Of a stretch of DNA of 64,000 nt, positions 56,612 to 64,000 are shown piece by piece (position 1 is the stretch's first letter; the number at the start of each line of letters is the position of its first letter). Source of the DNA: Vulcanimicrobiota bacterium (GTDB taxonomy: Bacteria > Vulcanimicrobiota > Xenobia > Xenobiales > JADMJV01); assembly GCA_019637395.1 (NCBI GenBank), contig JAHBVR010000012.1:65842-129841 (forward strand). Direction: 5' to 3'. Position numbers and translations under genes: made by a program. The notes below the pieces were generated by a model. The model was not told the DNA's origin and ran no database searches. It saw only the letters and a program-made list of their open reading frames with translations.

Positions 56612-58579
56612 CTAGGACCCCCCTGTCACCACCAACTTATCCAGGTAAAATCCGTCCTGACACACGTCTTCGTCGGTTTTCATGCGGAAGCGCAGGCGCA
56701 GGTCATCCCCGCAATAGGGTGTCAGGTCGTAGCTGCGCTCTTCCCAACCGATGAGGCCTTCGTAGACGGCCAGTTTGTCCCACTTTTCCCCGTCGCGTGA
56801 AACTTCCAGGGTGACCGAGTCAAAAGTGCGCTCCAAATCGTAGCGACATTCGAAGTCCACTTTGGCCGTCTGATAATCTTTAAGGGAAAAGGTCTTCGAA
56901 GTAATGGAACCTTTGGCGCCCAGTGCGTAGGAGCCGTTAGGGCTATCGGTCCAAACCCGGCCACGCCCCGGCACCTGTTGCAGACCCCAGCCGCCCACCG
57001 CCGTCCACTGCTCCACACCGGCCTCGGCATCGCCGGCGAAGGCCACCTGGGCCGCCGGCACGGCCACCTCCAACTGGCTGACGGGCCCGCGCTGGCCCAC
57101 GTTGTCGACGGCGCGGGCGGCCACATAAAGGGTGTGGTCCTGGCCGCGCGGTTGAATCTTCAGGGTGATTTGTTCGTCGGCACCGGCCGATCCGGGGGCC
57201 GGGCCGGGCACCGGCCGCGCCCTGGCAAAATCCTCTTCGCTTTCGATGGGTTGGTAGGCGAAGCGCAGTTCATAGGCGCTGGCCTGGCCCTGGTCACCGT
57301 CGTCGCCGGTAGCTTTCCAACGCAAGGGGATCGCAAACGGAGTAATGCCTTCAGCGTGCAGGTCCTGTAGAAAACCAGGCGCCAGCGTATCGTGCTCGAC
57401 CGCCTTGGCGGCGTTGAGATGGCCTCCGGAAAAGACTTTTCCCTGTAATTCGGGAGTGCGGTCGACGGCGAAGAGCAATCGGTCCTTGAGCTGGTCGTTG
57501 CTGATGCCGGGATGCTCCGTGGCGATCAAAGCGGCCACGCCGGTTACATGGGGGGTGGCCATGGAAGTCCCGCTCTTATATCCATATTGATTGCCCGGGA
57601 GGGTCGAATAGATTTTGTCGCCGGGGGCGGCCACGTGCACGCTGTCGATTCCGTAGTTGGAAAAAGAGGCCAACCGGCCTTCGGCGTCGGTGGCGGCCAC
57701 GGCCAGCAGGTTGGGCAGGCTGTAGCCGGCCGGATAAACGGCGCGCACGTCGTTATTGAAGCTGTCGTTGCCGGCCGCGCAGATATGCAAGGCCGGCGAG
57801 GCGGCCAGCGTGTCGCACAAAGCCTGGCTGTAATTGATGCCGCCCCACGAGTTGGAGGTAAGGCGCGCGCCCATCTTGGTGGCGTAAAGAATGCCCTCGA
57901 TAGCGTCAGCCGTGTCGCCGTACCCCTGGGCCAGGAACTTTACCGGCATGAGATTGGCTTCCCAGTCGACTCCGACCACACCCTGGCCGTTGTTGCCCAC
58001 GGCGCCGATGGTGCCATGCACGTGAGTGCCGTGACTGCCATCGTCCATGGGATCGCCGCTTTTAGCGGCGGCATTGAATCCGTGCACATCGTCGATGACG
58101 CCGTTACCATCGTCATCCAGGCCGTTGCCGGGGATCTCGCCGGAATTGACATAGATGTTGGGCGCCAGGTCGGGGTGCAGGTAGTCGGCGCCCGAATCCA
58201 TGATGGCGACCAGAGGGCCCTTTTGCTTGCTGCCGTGGGTCACCTCCCAGGCTGGGGGAGCGTTGAGTTTGCGCAGTCCGTAAAGCTGCTCATCGAAGTC
58301 GTCGGGTTGGGCGAATTCATAAACCAGGTAGTTCGGCTCGGCGTAAGCGACCCGGGGGTCTTTCTTGAGTTCGGCCAGGGCCTGATCGGTTTGTTCTACT
58401 TTCAAGCGCAGGATGGCCCCGTCCGAGCGGGGTCCCGGCAGATCATAACGGCGCAACAACCTGGCGCCGTGGTCATGGCACAACTCACCCAGGCGTACGC
58501 GGTCAGACTGAACGCGCACCAATACTTCGCCCTCGCGCCGCTGGGGAGCCGGCACCGGGGAAGAAGACATGATCTTCAT
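56612..58579 (-). CDS. Subtilisin-like serine protease (S8) with an N-terminal I9 propeptide-like region and a C-terminal beta-rich extension
   Basis: Catalytic triad motifs DSGADYLHPD, HGTHVHGTIGAVGNNG and GTSMATPHVTGVAALI. No obvious signal peptide. It lies 22 nt upstream of the GH31 gene. Confidence 0.85.
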   Translation of the reverse strand: MKIMSSSPVPAPQRREGEVLVRVQSDRVRLGELCHDHGARLLRRYDLPGPRSDGAILRLKVEQTDQALAELKKDPRVAYAEPNYLVYEFAQPDDFDEQLYGLRKLNAPPAWEVTHGSKQKGPLVAIMDSGADYLHPDLAPNIYVNSGEIPGNGLDDDGNGVIDDVHGFNAAAKSGDPMDDGSHGTHVHGTIGAVGNNGQGVVGVDWEANLMPVKFLAQGYGDTADAIEGILYATKMGARLTSNSWGGINYSQALCDTLAASPALHICAAGNDSFNNDVRAVYPAGYSLPNLLAVAATDAEGRLASFSNYGIDSVHVAAPGDKIYSTLPGNQYGYKSGTSMATPHVTGVAALIATEHPGISNDQLKDRLLFAVDRTPELQGKVFSGGHLNAAKAVEHDTLAPGFLQDLHAEGITPFAIPLRWKATGDDGDQGQASAYELRFAYQPIESEEDFARARPVPGPAPGSAGADEQITLKIQPRGQDHTLYVAARAVDNVGQRGPVSQLEVAVPAAQVAFAGDAEAGVEQWTAVGGWGLQQVPGRGRVWTDSPNGSYALGAKGSITSKTFSLKDYQTAKVDFECRYDLERTFDSVTLEVSRDGEKWDKLAVYEGLIGWEERSYDLTPYCGDDLRLRFRMKTDEDVCQDGFYLDKLVVTGGS

Positions 58580-58700
58580 CCGGCTATTTTACAAAGCGAC
58601 CCTTACAGGAAGTTCAAAAGGGGACTGCGCTCCTCCTCGTCAAATATTTACAACTCGACACTTAAGCATACTCAGGCTGGTCTGCTACGCTGCAACCGTC

Positions 58701-59384
58701 ATGATCAATGTCAGCTCTTGTTTCTGGTTCAAACCGCCAGCGCCGCGCGGACAGCGCCCCGAAATTCCCTCCCAGGATCTTCCCGTCGAGGAACGATTCG
58801 CTTACTACCAGGGCCTGATCGAGTCCAACCAGGGCGTCTTTGAGCCCGGCACGCCGGCCTTGCTGGGTTTGCGCGGATTGGCTCCGGACAACCAGCGCCA
58901 CGATTCGGCCCAGAATACGGGACCATATAATGATACCCTGGTGCTGCTCCACCGCCAGCCCGACGGCACACCGCTACTCAAGGAATACCGGGGTTCCACC
59001 CATGCGGGTCAAAAAAGCTCCAGCCTTTCGCCCGGGGGCGTGGCCCAACTGCGTCCCGGCAACTATAAGACCATCGACCACGGGGATCACAATAATATGC
59101 CCTCCTGGCATTTTGTGACACTGGCGGGCGAGGACAATGTGCCGGCCTGGCGCGACGTCAATAAAGACGGCTATATTTCCAGCCAAGAGAAGGCCAAGGC
59201 CGAGCGCGAGGGCTGCACCGCCACCGCCATCCTGCTCCACAACGGCGTCAATGAAGACCACGGCCGCTCTATCGGCTGCCAGACGCTACCGCCTCGCTCC
59301 ATGCAAGACTTCATCGATACTCTAGGAGAACACACTCCCTTCAAATACACGCTGGTCGACGCCAACCAACCTACTCCTCAATGA
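58701..59384 (+). CDS. Hypothetical protein with a YkuD (L,D-transpeptidase)-like H...SxGC motif, no signal peptide
   Basis: The internal ATG at 58701 is chosen because the track ORF overlaps the divergent S8 gene. C-terminal HNGVNEDHGRSIGCQTL resembles the L,D-transpeptidase catalytic H/C signature. Translationally coupled to the downstream GNAT gene by an ATGA overlap. Confidence 0.4.
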   Translation: MINVSSCFWFKPPAPRGQRPEIPSQDLPVEERFAYYQGLIESNQGVFEPGTPALLGLRGLAPDNQRHDSAQNTGPYNDTLVLLHRQPDGTPLLKEYRGSTHAGQKSSSLSPGGVAQLRPGNYKTIDHGDHNNMPSWHFVTLAGEDNVPAWRDVNKDGYISSQEKAKAEREGCTATAILLHNGVNEDHGRSIGCQTLPPRSMQDFIDTLGEHTPFKYTLVDANQPTPQ

Positions 59385-59950
59385 AGCAGTTGTGGATCCG
59401 CACCGATCGATTGGTGTTGCGCCCTTGGGAGGAAAGCGACGCCAACCGGCTGGTGCTCATGACCCAGGATCAGCAGTTTCGGTCTCGTTGGGGCGTTTTT
59501 CGTGAACCCATGGACGCCGTCCGCGCCCTGGAATGGGTGCGCACCGTCCGCAAATCGGTGGAATCCGAACAACTGGGCTCCTGGGCGGTGGTGGAGAACG
59601 GCCAGGTGGTCGGCTGCGCCTCCCTCCTGCCACGCTGGCCCGATTTGGAAGATGAGCCGATGATGGCCGTGGAATATCGCCTGCTGCATTCGGCCCAGGG
59701 CCGCGGCCTGGCTACCGAGGCGATTTTGGGACTGATCCATTTTGGCCAGGCTCAGCACGGTATCGAGGAATTCCACGCCTTTATCACACCCGAGAATACT
59801 CAGGCCAAGAACGTGGCCTTTAAAGTCGGTATGAAATACTGGCGAATGGGCCGGATCGAAGGCGTGGTGGTGGAAATTTATCGGACCCACGCCCATCCCG
59901 GCCAACCGGCCACGCGGCGCAATCAGGAACGACGCGAGGAAGTCGCTTAG
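59381..59950 (+). CDS. GNAT family N-acetyltransferase (RimJ/RimL-like)
   Basis: TDRLVLRPWEESDANRL...VGCASLL...Q/RGRGLATEA acetyl-CoA-binding motif. Confidence 0.8.
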   Translation: MKQLWIRTDRLVLRPWEESDANRLVLMTQDQQFRSRWGVFREPMDAVRALEWVRTVRKSVESEQLGSWAVVENGQVVGCASLLPRWPDLEDEPMMAVEYRLLHSAQGRGLATEAILGLIHFGQAQHGIEEFHAFITPENTQAKNVAFKVGMKYWRMGRIEGVVVEIYRTHAHPGQPATRRNQERREEVA

Positions 59951-60046
59951 CCCGATATCTGAGAAAAAGCTGGCGGGCTTCCAACCGGGCGGAGAAACTC
60001 CAACGCCTTCAGAGCATGACGAATGATTGGCCTGAGGTCGTGACTG

Positions 60047-61012
60047 TTATAGGGAATGTCCCTCCTTCTGTAAGGCCAGAAACGCCTCTCGTCGGTTGGG
60101 CGACAGAGCCCCCAGCAGAATGTCGCGGGTCGCAAAATCTCCGCTGGGAACAGCCAGGTCATCGGCAATCTTCCAATCCTCGGCCATGTCCAATCCAGCG
60201 GCCCGCAAAAAATCCGGGCTGCCCTTGGCCAGTTGCTCATTGGTGATGTTGATCCCGACGCCGCGCATCTCATCGCCCAGGCCGGCGATGTAGCGGGCGG
60301 ACTGCTCGGCGTCCACGGTGTAATTGCCGGTCTGATCGGCGAAGCGCAAAATCAACCCATCTTCCATGGTCTGCTGACGGCGCTCTTCGGGCACCGCCGC
60401 CAGCAGGTTCTGATAGAGCATGATCGGACTCTGGCCATCGTAACGGGTAGACAGGTTCTTGGGCTTCTCGTCAAAGGGAAAATCAGTGCGGGCGATTAGC
60501 GCCTTGGCCTCGGCAAAATCCGCGCTGTTCCAGCCGAAACGGCCACCCAGGGCCTCCTGATTACGGTCCATCCATTCCAGCGTCACCGGGGCCCGGGCCG
60601 GAGAGACGGCGCTACTCTGGCCGATGCGTTCATCCACGTCGTGCAGCAGGGCCACCTGCTGTAGAAACTCGGCGCGCTCCGGGCTACGCCCCAAATTCCC
60701 AGCGACCTCCGCCACCGTGTTGGCCACATGAACCGGATGCTCCTGATCGTGGTAGTGGCCCGGATTGAGCCTGGCCCACTCCCCCACCGTGAAGTAGCGC
60801 AGCACCAGAGCCGGCAAGCTCCCGTTGGCGGTGGCCGCCGATTGCGCCGCCGCTTCCCCCGAGCGGGCCAGCCGGGCTGCGCCGCCCACTTCCAGCGGCT
60901 GCCCATTCAAAGAGACCAGGTCGAGACATTCCGGCTCAACCGCCGGGACAGAAGGGCGGGAAGCTGTTGGGGGATGACAAACGGGGCTCTTGAACAGAGG
61001 TTGAATAGTCAT
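60047..61012 (-). CDS. HD-motif domain protein, paralog 2
   Basis: YHDQEHPVHV / ALLHDVDER. Strongly conserved core shared with 52433..53554 (FLQQVALLHD, VTLEWM, RFGW, FAEAKAL.AR.DFPFD, TRYDGQS, DGL.LRFADQ). Confidence 0.6.
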   Translation of the reverse strand: MTIQPLFKSPVCHPPTASRPSVPAVEPECLDLVSLNGQPLEVGGAARLARSGEAAAQSAATANGSLPALVLRYFTVGEWARLNPGHYHDQEHPVHVANTVAEVAGNLGRSPERAEFLQQVALLHDVDERIGQSSAVSPARAPVTLEWMDRNQEALGGRFGWNSADFAEAKALIARTDFPFDEKPKNLSTRYDGQSPIMLYQNLLAAVPEERRQQTMEDGLILRFADQTGNYTVDAEQSARYIAGLGDEMRGVGINITNEQLAKGSPDFLRAAGLDMAEDWKIADDLAVPSGDFATRDILLGALSPNRREAFLALQKEGHSL

Positions 61013-61148
61013 AGCTCAAGGATAGCGATGGGACCACCCCAGCCATGTGGTCGGGCTCACAAGAACCGTTAACCTTTCCGGCGCAATTTGTAAACGTTTT
61101 TGTTCAGGGGAGCGGTGAGGGGCGACGCGAAGAAGTCAACCGCGTGGT

Positions 61149-61655
61149 TTAGCGCTTTGCCCAGGTGCGAATGAACTCGATCTGGGCGTCGGTCTGCGGA
61201 GAGCGGGGAAAGCGCCTGACTTTTTCCATCGTCTGCCAGCGCCGGGCGATGTGTTCGAGAGCCTGGTCGGCGGTCATTCCTTGCTCGACCAGGTGACAGC
61301 CGATCACGGTGCCGGTACGGCCGATACCGCCCCAGCAGTGCACGTAGACTGTGTGACCCGAATCGAGCCGTTGCTGGAGGTGGTCGAGGATTTCCCGCAT
61401 GCTCTCGCGGCTGGGCACGTCCATGTCGCGGATGGTCATGCGGCGGTGTTCAAAGGGCCTGCCTATCTGCATGGTTTCGTAAGGATGCAGACCGTCGGCC
61501 GGATCGGTGAGATCGAGGAAATCGGTGATGCCGGCGTCGAGAATGCCCTGCAGCTTCTTATGTCCGACTTCCAGGTCGCGCACGATGGGATATTCGCCAG
61601 CCATCAGGTGAGGAGTCACCCAGTAGCAATTCTGGTGGGGCCGGTCGAAACTCAC
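61149..61655 (-). CDS. Dual-specificity / tyrosine protein phosphatase (CX5R)
   Basis: VHCWGGIGRTGTV active-site loop. GTGA overlap with the upstream gene. Confidence 0.8.
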   Translation of the reverse strand: MSFDRPHQNCYWVTPHLMAGEYPIVRDLEVGHKKLQGILDAGITDFLDLTDPADGLHPYETMQIGRPFEHRRMTIRDMDVPSRESMREILDHLQQRLDSGHTVYVHCWGGIGRTGTVIGCHLVEQGMTADQALEHIARRWQTMEKVRRFPRSPQTDAQIEFIRTWAKR

Positions 61656-62407
61656 TGGAACTGAACGCGCATCTTCAGTTTGGGAGAGACTTCGAAACTC
61701 TTGTCCTGGCTACCGTGGAAGTCCGGGCCGACGATAGCGCTGACTACGGCGGGACGGCCGAAAACCTTCATCGGATAGTCGCGCCGCACGCCAACCAGAA
61801 ACGAGTAACGAAATTGGGTGGAGGGCTGCTCGGCGTGACTGCCGGCCACGCGCTGGCCGATACTCTGGCGGCCTTCCAGATGCCAGCTCAAGGACTGCTC
61901 GCGCCACTTGAAGTCGCCGCCTTTGACTTCCTGATAAGCCTGGAGACCGACGTTGGTGGTGTTGTGGATCAGATCCTGATAGGCGCCGCCGCTGACTTCG
62001 AACCTGGCGTGCAGTCCGGGTTTGAGATTGCCTTCCCAGCGGCGGAAACCCTCCAAATGGAGGCTGCCATTGACATCGCCAAAGGTGTTGATATCGCCGT
62101 GGACGCGGCCGCGCAGGCCCTGGGTCCGGGTCCAGCCGTCGTTCAGAGGTAGAGTCTTGGAGAGCTCAGCGTCGAAAAATTCACCTTTGACCCGCAGTCC
62201 GGGCTTCCTACCCGAGAGACGAGGGCTGACATCGATGTCGGCGGGGCGGAAATGCAGAGTGTAATCACCGACCTGAGTGGAAGACTTGGTGAAGACATCG
62301 GCCAGCTCCGGGTTGACCCTGGCCACGGTCTTGCCCACGTTGGCCGCCTGGGCCACCTGCGGCGCCATGCTGATCCCCGTCAAAACGGCCAGGCCAGCGG
62401 CTCCCAT
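61652..62407 (-). CDS. Secreted beta-rich hypothetical protein (possible outer-membrane or periplasmic)
   Basis: The ATG at 62407 has SD AAGGG. Signal peptide MGAAGLAVLTGISMAPQVAQA. The upstream part of the track ORF is implausible. Confidence 0.45.
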   Translation of the reverse strand: MGAAGLAVLTGISMAPQVAQAANVGKTVARVNPELADVFTKSSTQVGDYTLHFRPADIDVSPRLSGRKPGLRVKGEFFDAELSKTLPLNDGWTRTQGLRGRVHGDINTFGDVNGSLHLEGFRRWEGNLKPGLHARFEVSGGAYQDLIHNTTNVGLQAYQEVKGGDFKWREQSLSWHLEGRQSIGQRVAGSHAEQPSTQFRYSFLVGVRRDYPMKVFGRPAVVSAIVGPDFHGSQDKSFEVSPKLKMRVQFQ

Positions 62408-62581
62408 CAAACCCTTGGAAACCTCGCTGCACTGCCGTTCCACCGCTCCGGCACCAGCGCCGAGCGGGCGGTGAGGTCCGGCGAAGGCGGGCCCGGTATG
62501 CAGAGGCGAAAGGTTTCTCATAGGTCCATGTTAGCCCCTCGGGCTGAAAAAATACTGCCCTGCGCGGGCGCGGGTGGCTCG

Positions 62582-63364
62582 CTACTTGCCTTTGAGCAAG
62601 TCCAGCATGCGCTTCCAGCCGTCCTTGCAGGCCTGGGCATTGGCCTCGGAAGCGTCGGGGGCGGCGCCGGCGCGCATGAAGCCGTGGCCCGCCCCCGTGT
62701 AAATCCTGGGTTCAAAGGTCTTGCCGGCGGCCTGCATGGTTTTTTTGGTGGTTTCCAGCGTCTGGTTGATGCGCGCGTCGTTCTCGGCATAGAAGCCGTA
62801 AATCGGGCAGGCGGCCTTCTCGGGGTGCTCCGGCGGGGAGCCGTAGAAGACGAGGGCGCGCTGCAGGCCTGGTTCCGTGGTGGCGAAGCGAAAACTCTGG
62901 GCTCCGCCCCAACAAAATCCCGCCACCGACTGCTCTGAGGAAGCGGCCGGCAAAGTCTTCACATAGCCGGCGGCGGCGTGAAGATCGGCGGTGACTTGCT
63001 CGGGTTGGAGAGTGCCGACCCCTTTGCGGGCCGCGTCGTCCCCGCCGAACTCGGCCGTGCCGCCGCCTTTGGGGCCCATTTCCGACAACAGGTCAGGGGC
63101 GATGACTACGTAGCCGTGGGCGGCCAGTTCATCGGCCACCAGGCGCACCCAGTCGGTCAAACCGAAGATTTCGTGGATAAGCACGATCGAGGGTGCCTTC
63201 CCTTTGACTTCGGGATAGGCCACGAAACATTCGACCGTGCGGGCGCCGGCCTTGACTTTGACCCATTCCAGATGGCGGGGCGACTTCTCCAGGCGCGCCC
63301 TGGCCCATTCTTGAGCCAGCCCGTGAGTGCACAACAAAATCAGCAGCAGCAGAATCTTTCGCAT
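62582..63364 (-). CDS. Dienelactone hydrolase family protein (secreted alpha/beta hydrolase)
   Basis: Signal peptide MRKILLLLILLCTHGLA. Nucleophile elbow GFCWGG and a C-terminal GAGHGF block typical of the DLH family. Confidence 0.8.
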   Translation of the reverse strand: MRKILLLLILLCTHGLAQEWARARLEKSPRHLEWVKVKAGARTVECFVAYPEVKGKAPSIVLIHEIFGLTDWVRLVADELAAHGYVVIAPDLLSEMGPKGGGTAEFGGDDAARKGVGTLQPEQVTADLHAAAGYVKTLPAASSEQSVAGFCWGGAQSFRFATTEPGLQRALVFYGSPPEHPEKAACPIYGFYAENDARINQTLETTKKTMQAAGKTFEPRIYTGAGHGFMRAGAAPDASEANAQACKDGWKRMLDLLKGK

Positions 63365-63377
63365 GCAGATTCCCTTT

Positions 63378-63956
63378 TCAGGGAAGCGGGAATTTCCCCC
63401 CGGGACCGCCGTTCAGAAATTTTTGGATACGCTGCGAGCCGTCCACCACATTGCGGTCAAAGATGTAGTCGGGCGAATGGAAATGGTAAACCACTGGAAT
63501 ATCTTTGCCCTTGATCATATCGTAGAGATAACGGGCGGCGTCAACGGCGAATCCCACCGCCGAGCCGAGGCTGAGCGGGCCCAGGTAGTGGCGAAAAATA
63601 CTGTAGACCGGGTCCTGTTCGCTGCCGGTATAGAAAAGGTTCTCAGCCTTGACACCGGCCTTGGTGAAGTCCTTGTGAGCGGCGGCTGAAGCCATGGAAA
63701 GCACGCGCACATGGTCGCCGATCTCTTGCTTCATCCCCTCGCGAGCCAGCAGAGTCAGGGCGGCAGCCGTTTCGGCCCCGCCGCCGCTATGCGTGATAAG
63801 CTGCACTTTGCGCCCGGCCAGCAACGATTGCCTGACCTCATCGTGAACCGACTTGATAGCCGGGTCGATTTTGTAAATCTGCTTGCTGGCCCATTCCAAC
63901 GGGATCACGCGATTTTGTACCAGCTTCAGCATGAACAGAGCCTTGCCAATGCGCAC
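63378..63956 (-). CDS. Hypothetical protein (possibly continuing upstream toward the window edge)
   Basis: 192-aa ORF with good codon bias. No upstream in-frame stop checked before the window end. Confidence 0.35.
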   Translation of the reverse strand: MRIGKALFMLKLVQNRVIPLEWASKQIYKIDPAIKSVHDEVRQSLLAGRKVQLITHSGGGAETAAALTLLAREGMKQEIGDHVRVLSMASAAAHKDFTKAGVKAENLFYTGSEQDPVYSIFRHYLGPLSLGSAVGFAVDAARYLYDMIKGKDIPVVYHFHSPDYIFDRNVVDGSQRIQKFLNGGPGGKFPLP

Positions 63957-64000
63957 TCCATCGTGCAGGCCTGATTTGCCGGCGCCTTCGTGGATACCGA

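Overview
This is a high-GC (~63-65%) bacterial chromosomal window with strong Shine-Dalgarno usage and dense coding on both strands. About half the genes are hypothetical, secreted or membrane proteins. I found no rRNA, tRNA or CRISPR array and no obvious transposase or integrase. Recognisable content runs in this order: a multi-FHA protein truncated at the 5' window edge; an FAD disulfide oxidoreductase; a PilZ protein; a DUF969/DUF979 membrane pair; a PheA/UbiH-type FAD monooxygenase; a minus-strand operon of DUF692 (MbnB-like) -> DUF2063 (MbnC/HvfC-like) -> secreted 5'-nucleotidase; a Pro/Ala-rich zinc-ribbon protein; a GDSL hydrolase; an HExxH protease; an aldo-keto reductase; a TPR protein; two tandem SNF2-family helicases (~1300 aa each, the second with TerB-like repeats) bracketing two small genes; an Hpt + CheY receiver pair; a compact type IV pilus / T2SS-like cluster (pilC, two prepilin-like genes, a PilX-like gene, pilM, pilB) with no secretin; a DUF1328 mini-protein; a secreted bulb-type (MMBL) lectin; a PaaI thioesterase; an OmpR/histidine-kinase two-component pair; a hexapeptide-repeat / PAP2-like membrane pair; SanA; a BON lipoprotein; a YbdK-type carboxylate-amine ligase; an EndoG-like non-specific nuclease; a GAF / degenerate-GGDEF / wHTH-BTAD regulator; two paralogous HD-motif proteins; a GH31 glycosidase; an S8 subtilase; a YkuD-motif protein coupled to a GNAT; a dual-specificity phosphatase; and a dienelactone hydrolase. 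The main things worth a second look are listed below.

- **Orphan MbnB/MbnC-like operon.** The DUF692-DUF2063 pair has no visible precursor peptide nearby and is translationally coupled to a secreted metallophosphatase/5'-nucleotidase.
- **A conserved ~165-nt intergenic element in two inverted copies.** Each copy begins exactly at the TAG stop codon of an unrelated upstream gene, and the ~100-nt core is ~98% identical between copies.
- **Tandem paralogous SNF2 ATPases.** They carry long N-terminal extensions and flank a signal-peptide protein and a Gly/Ser-rich protein with a possible Cys/His pair.
- **A secretin-less pilus/T2SS-like cluster** with an Hpt/receiver pair immediately upstream.
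- **Several unusual domain architectures or paralog pairs**, detailed in the findings.

Gene starts are approximate where the ORF track extends upstream to alternative start codons.
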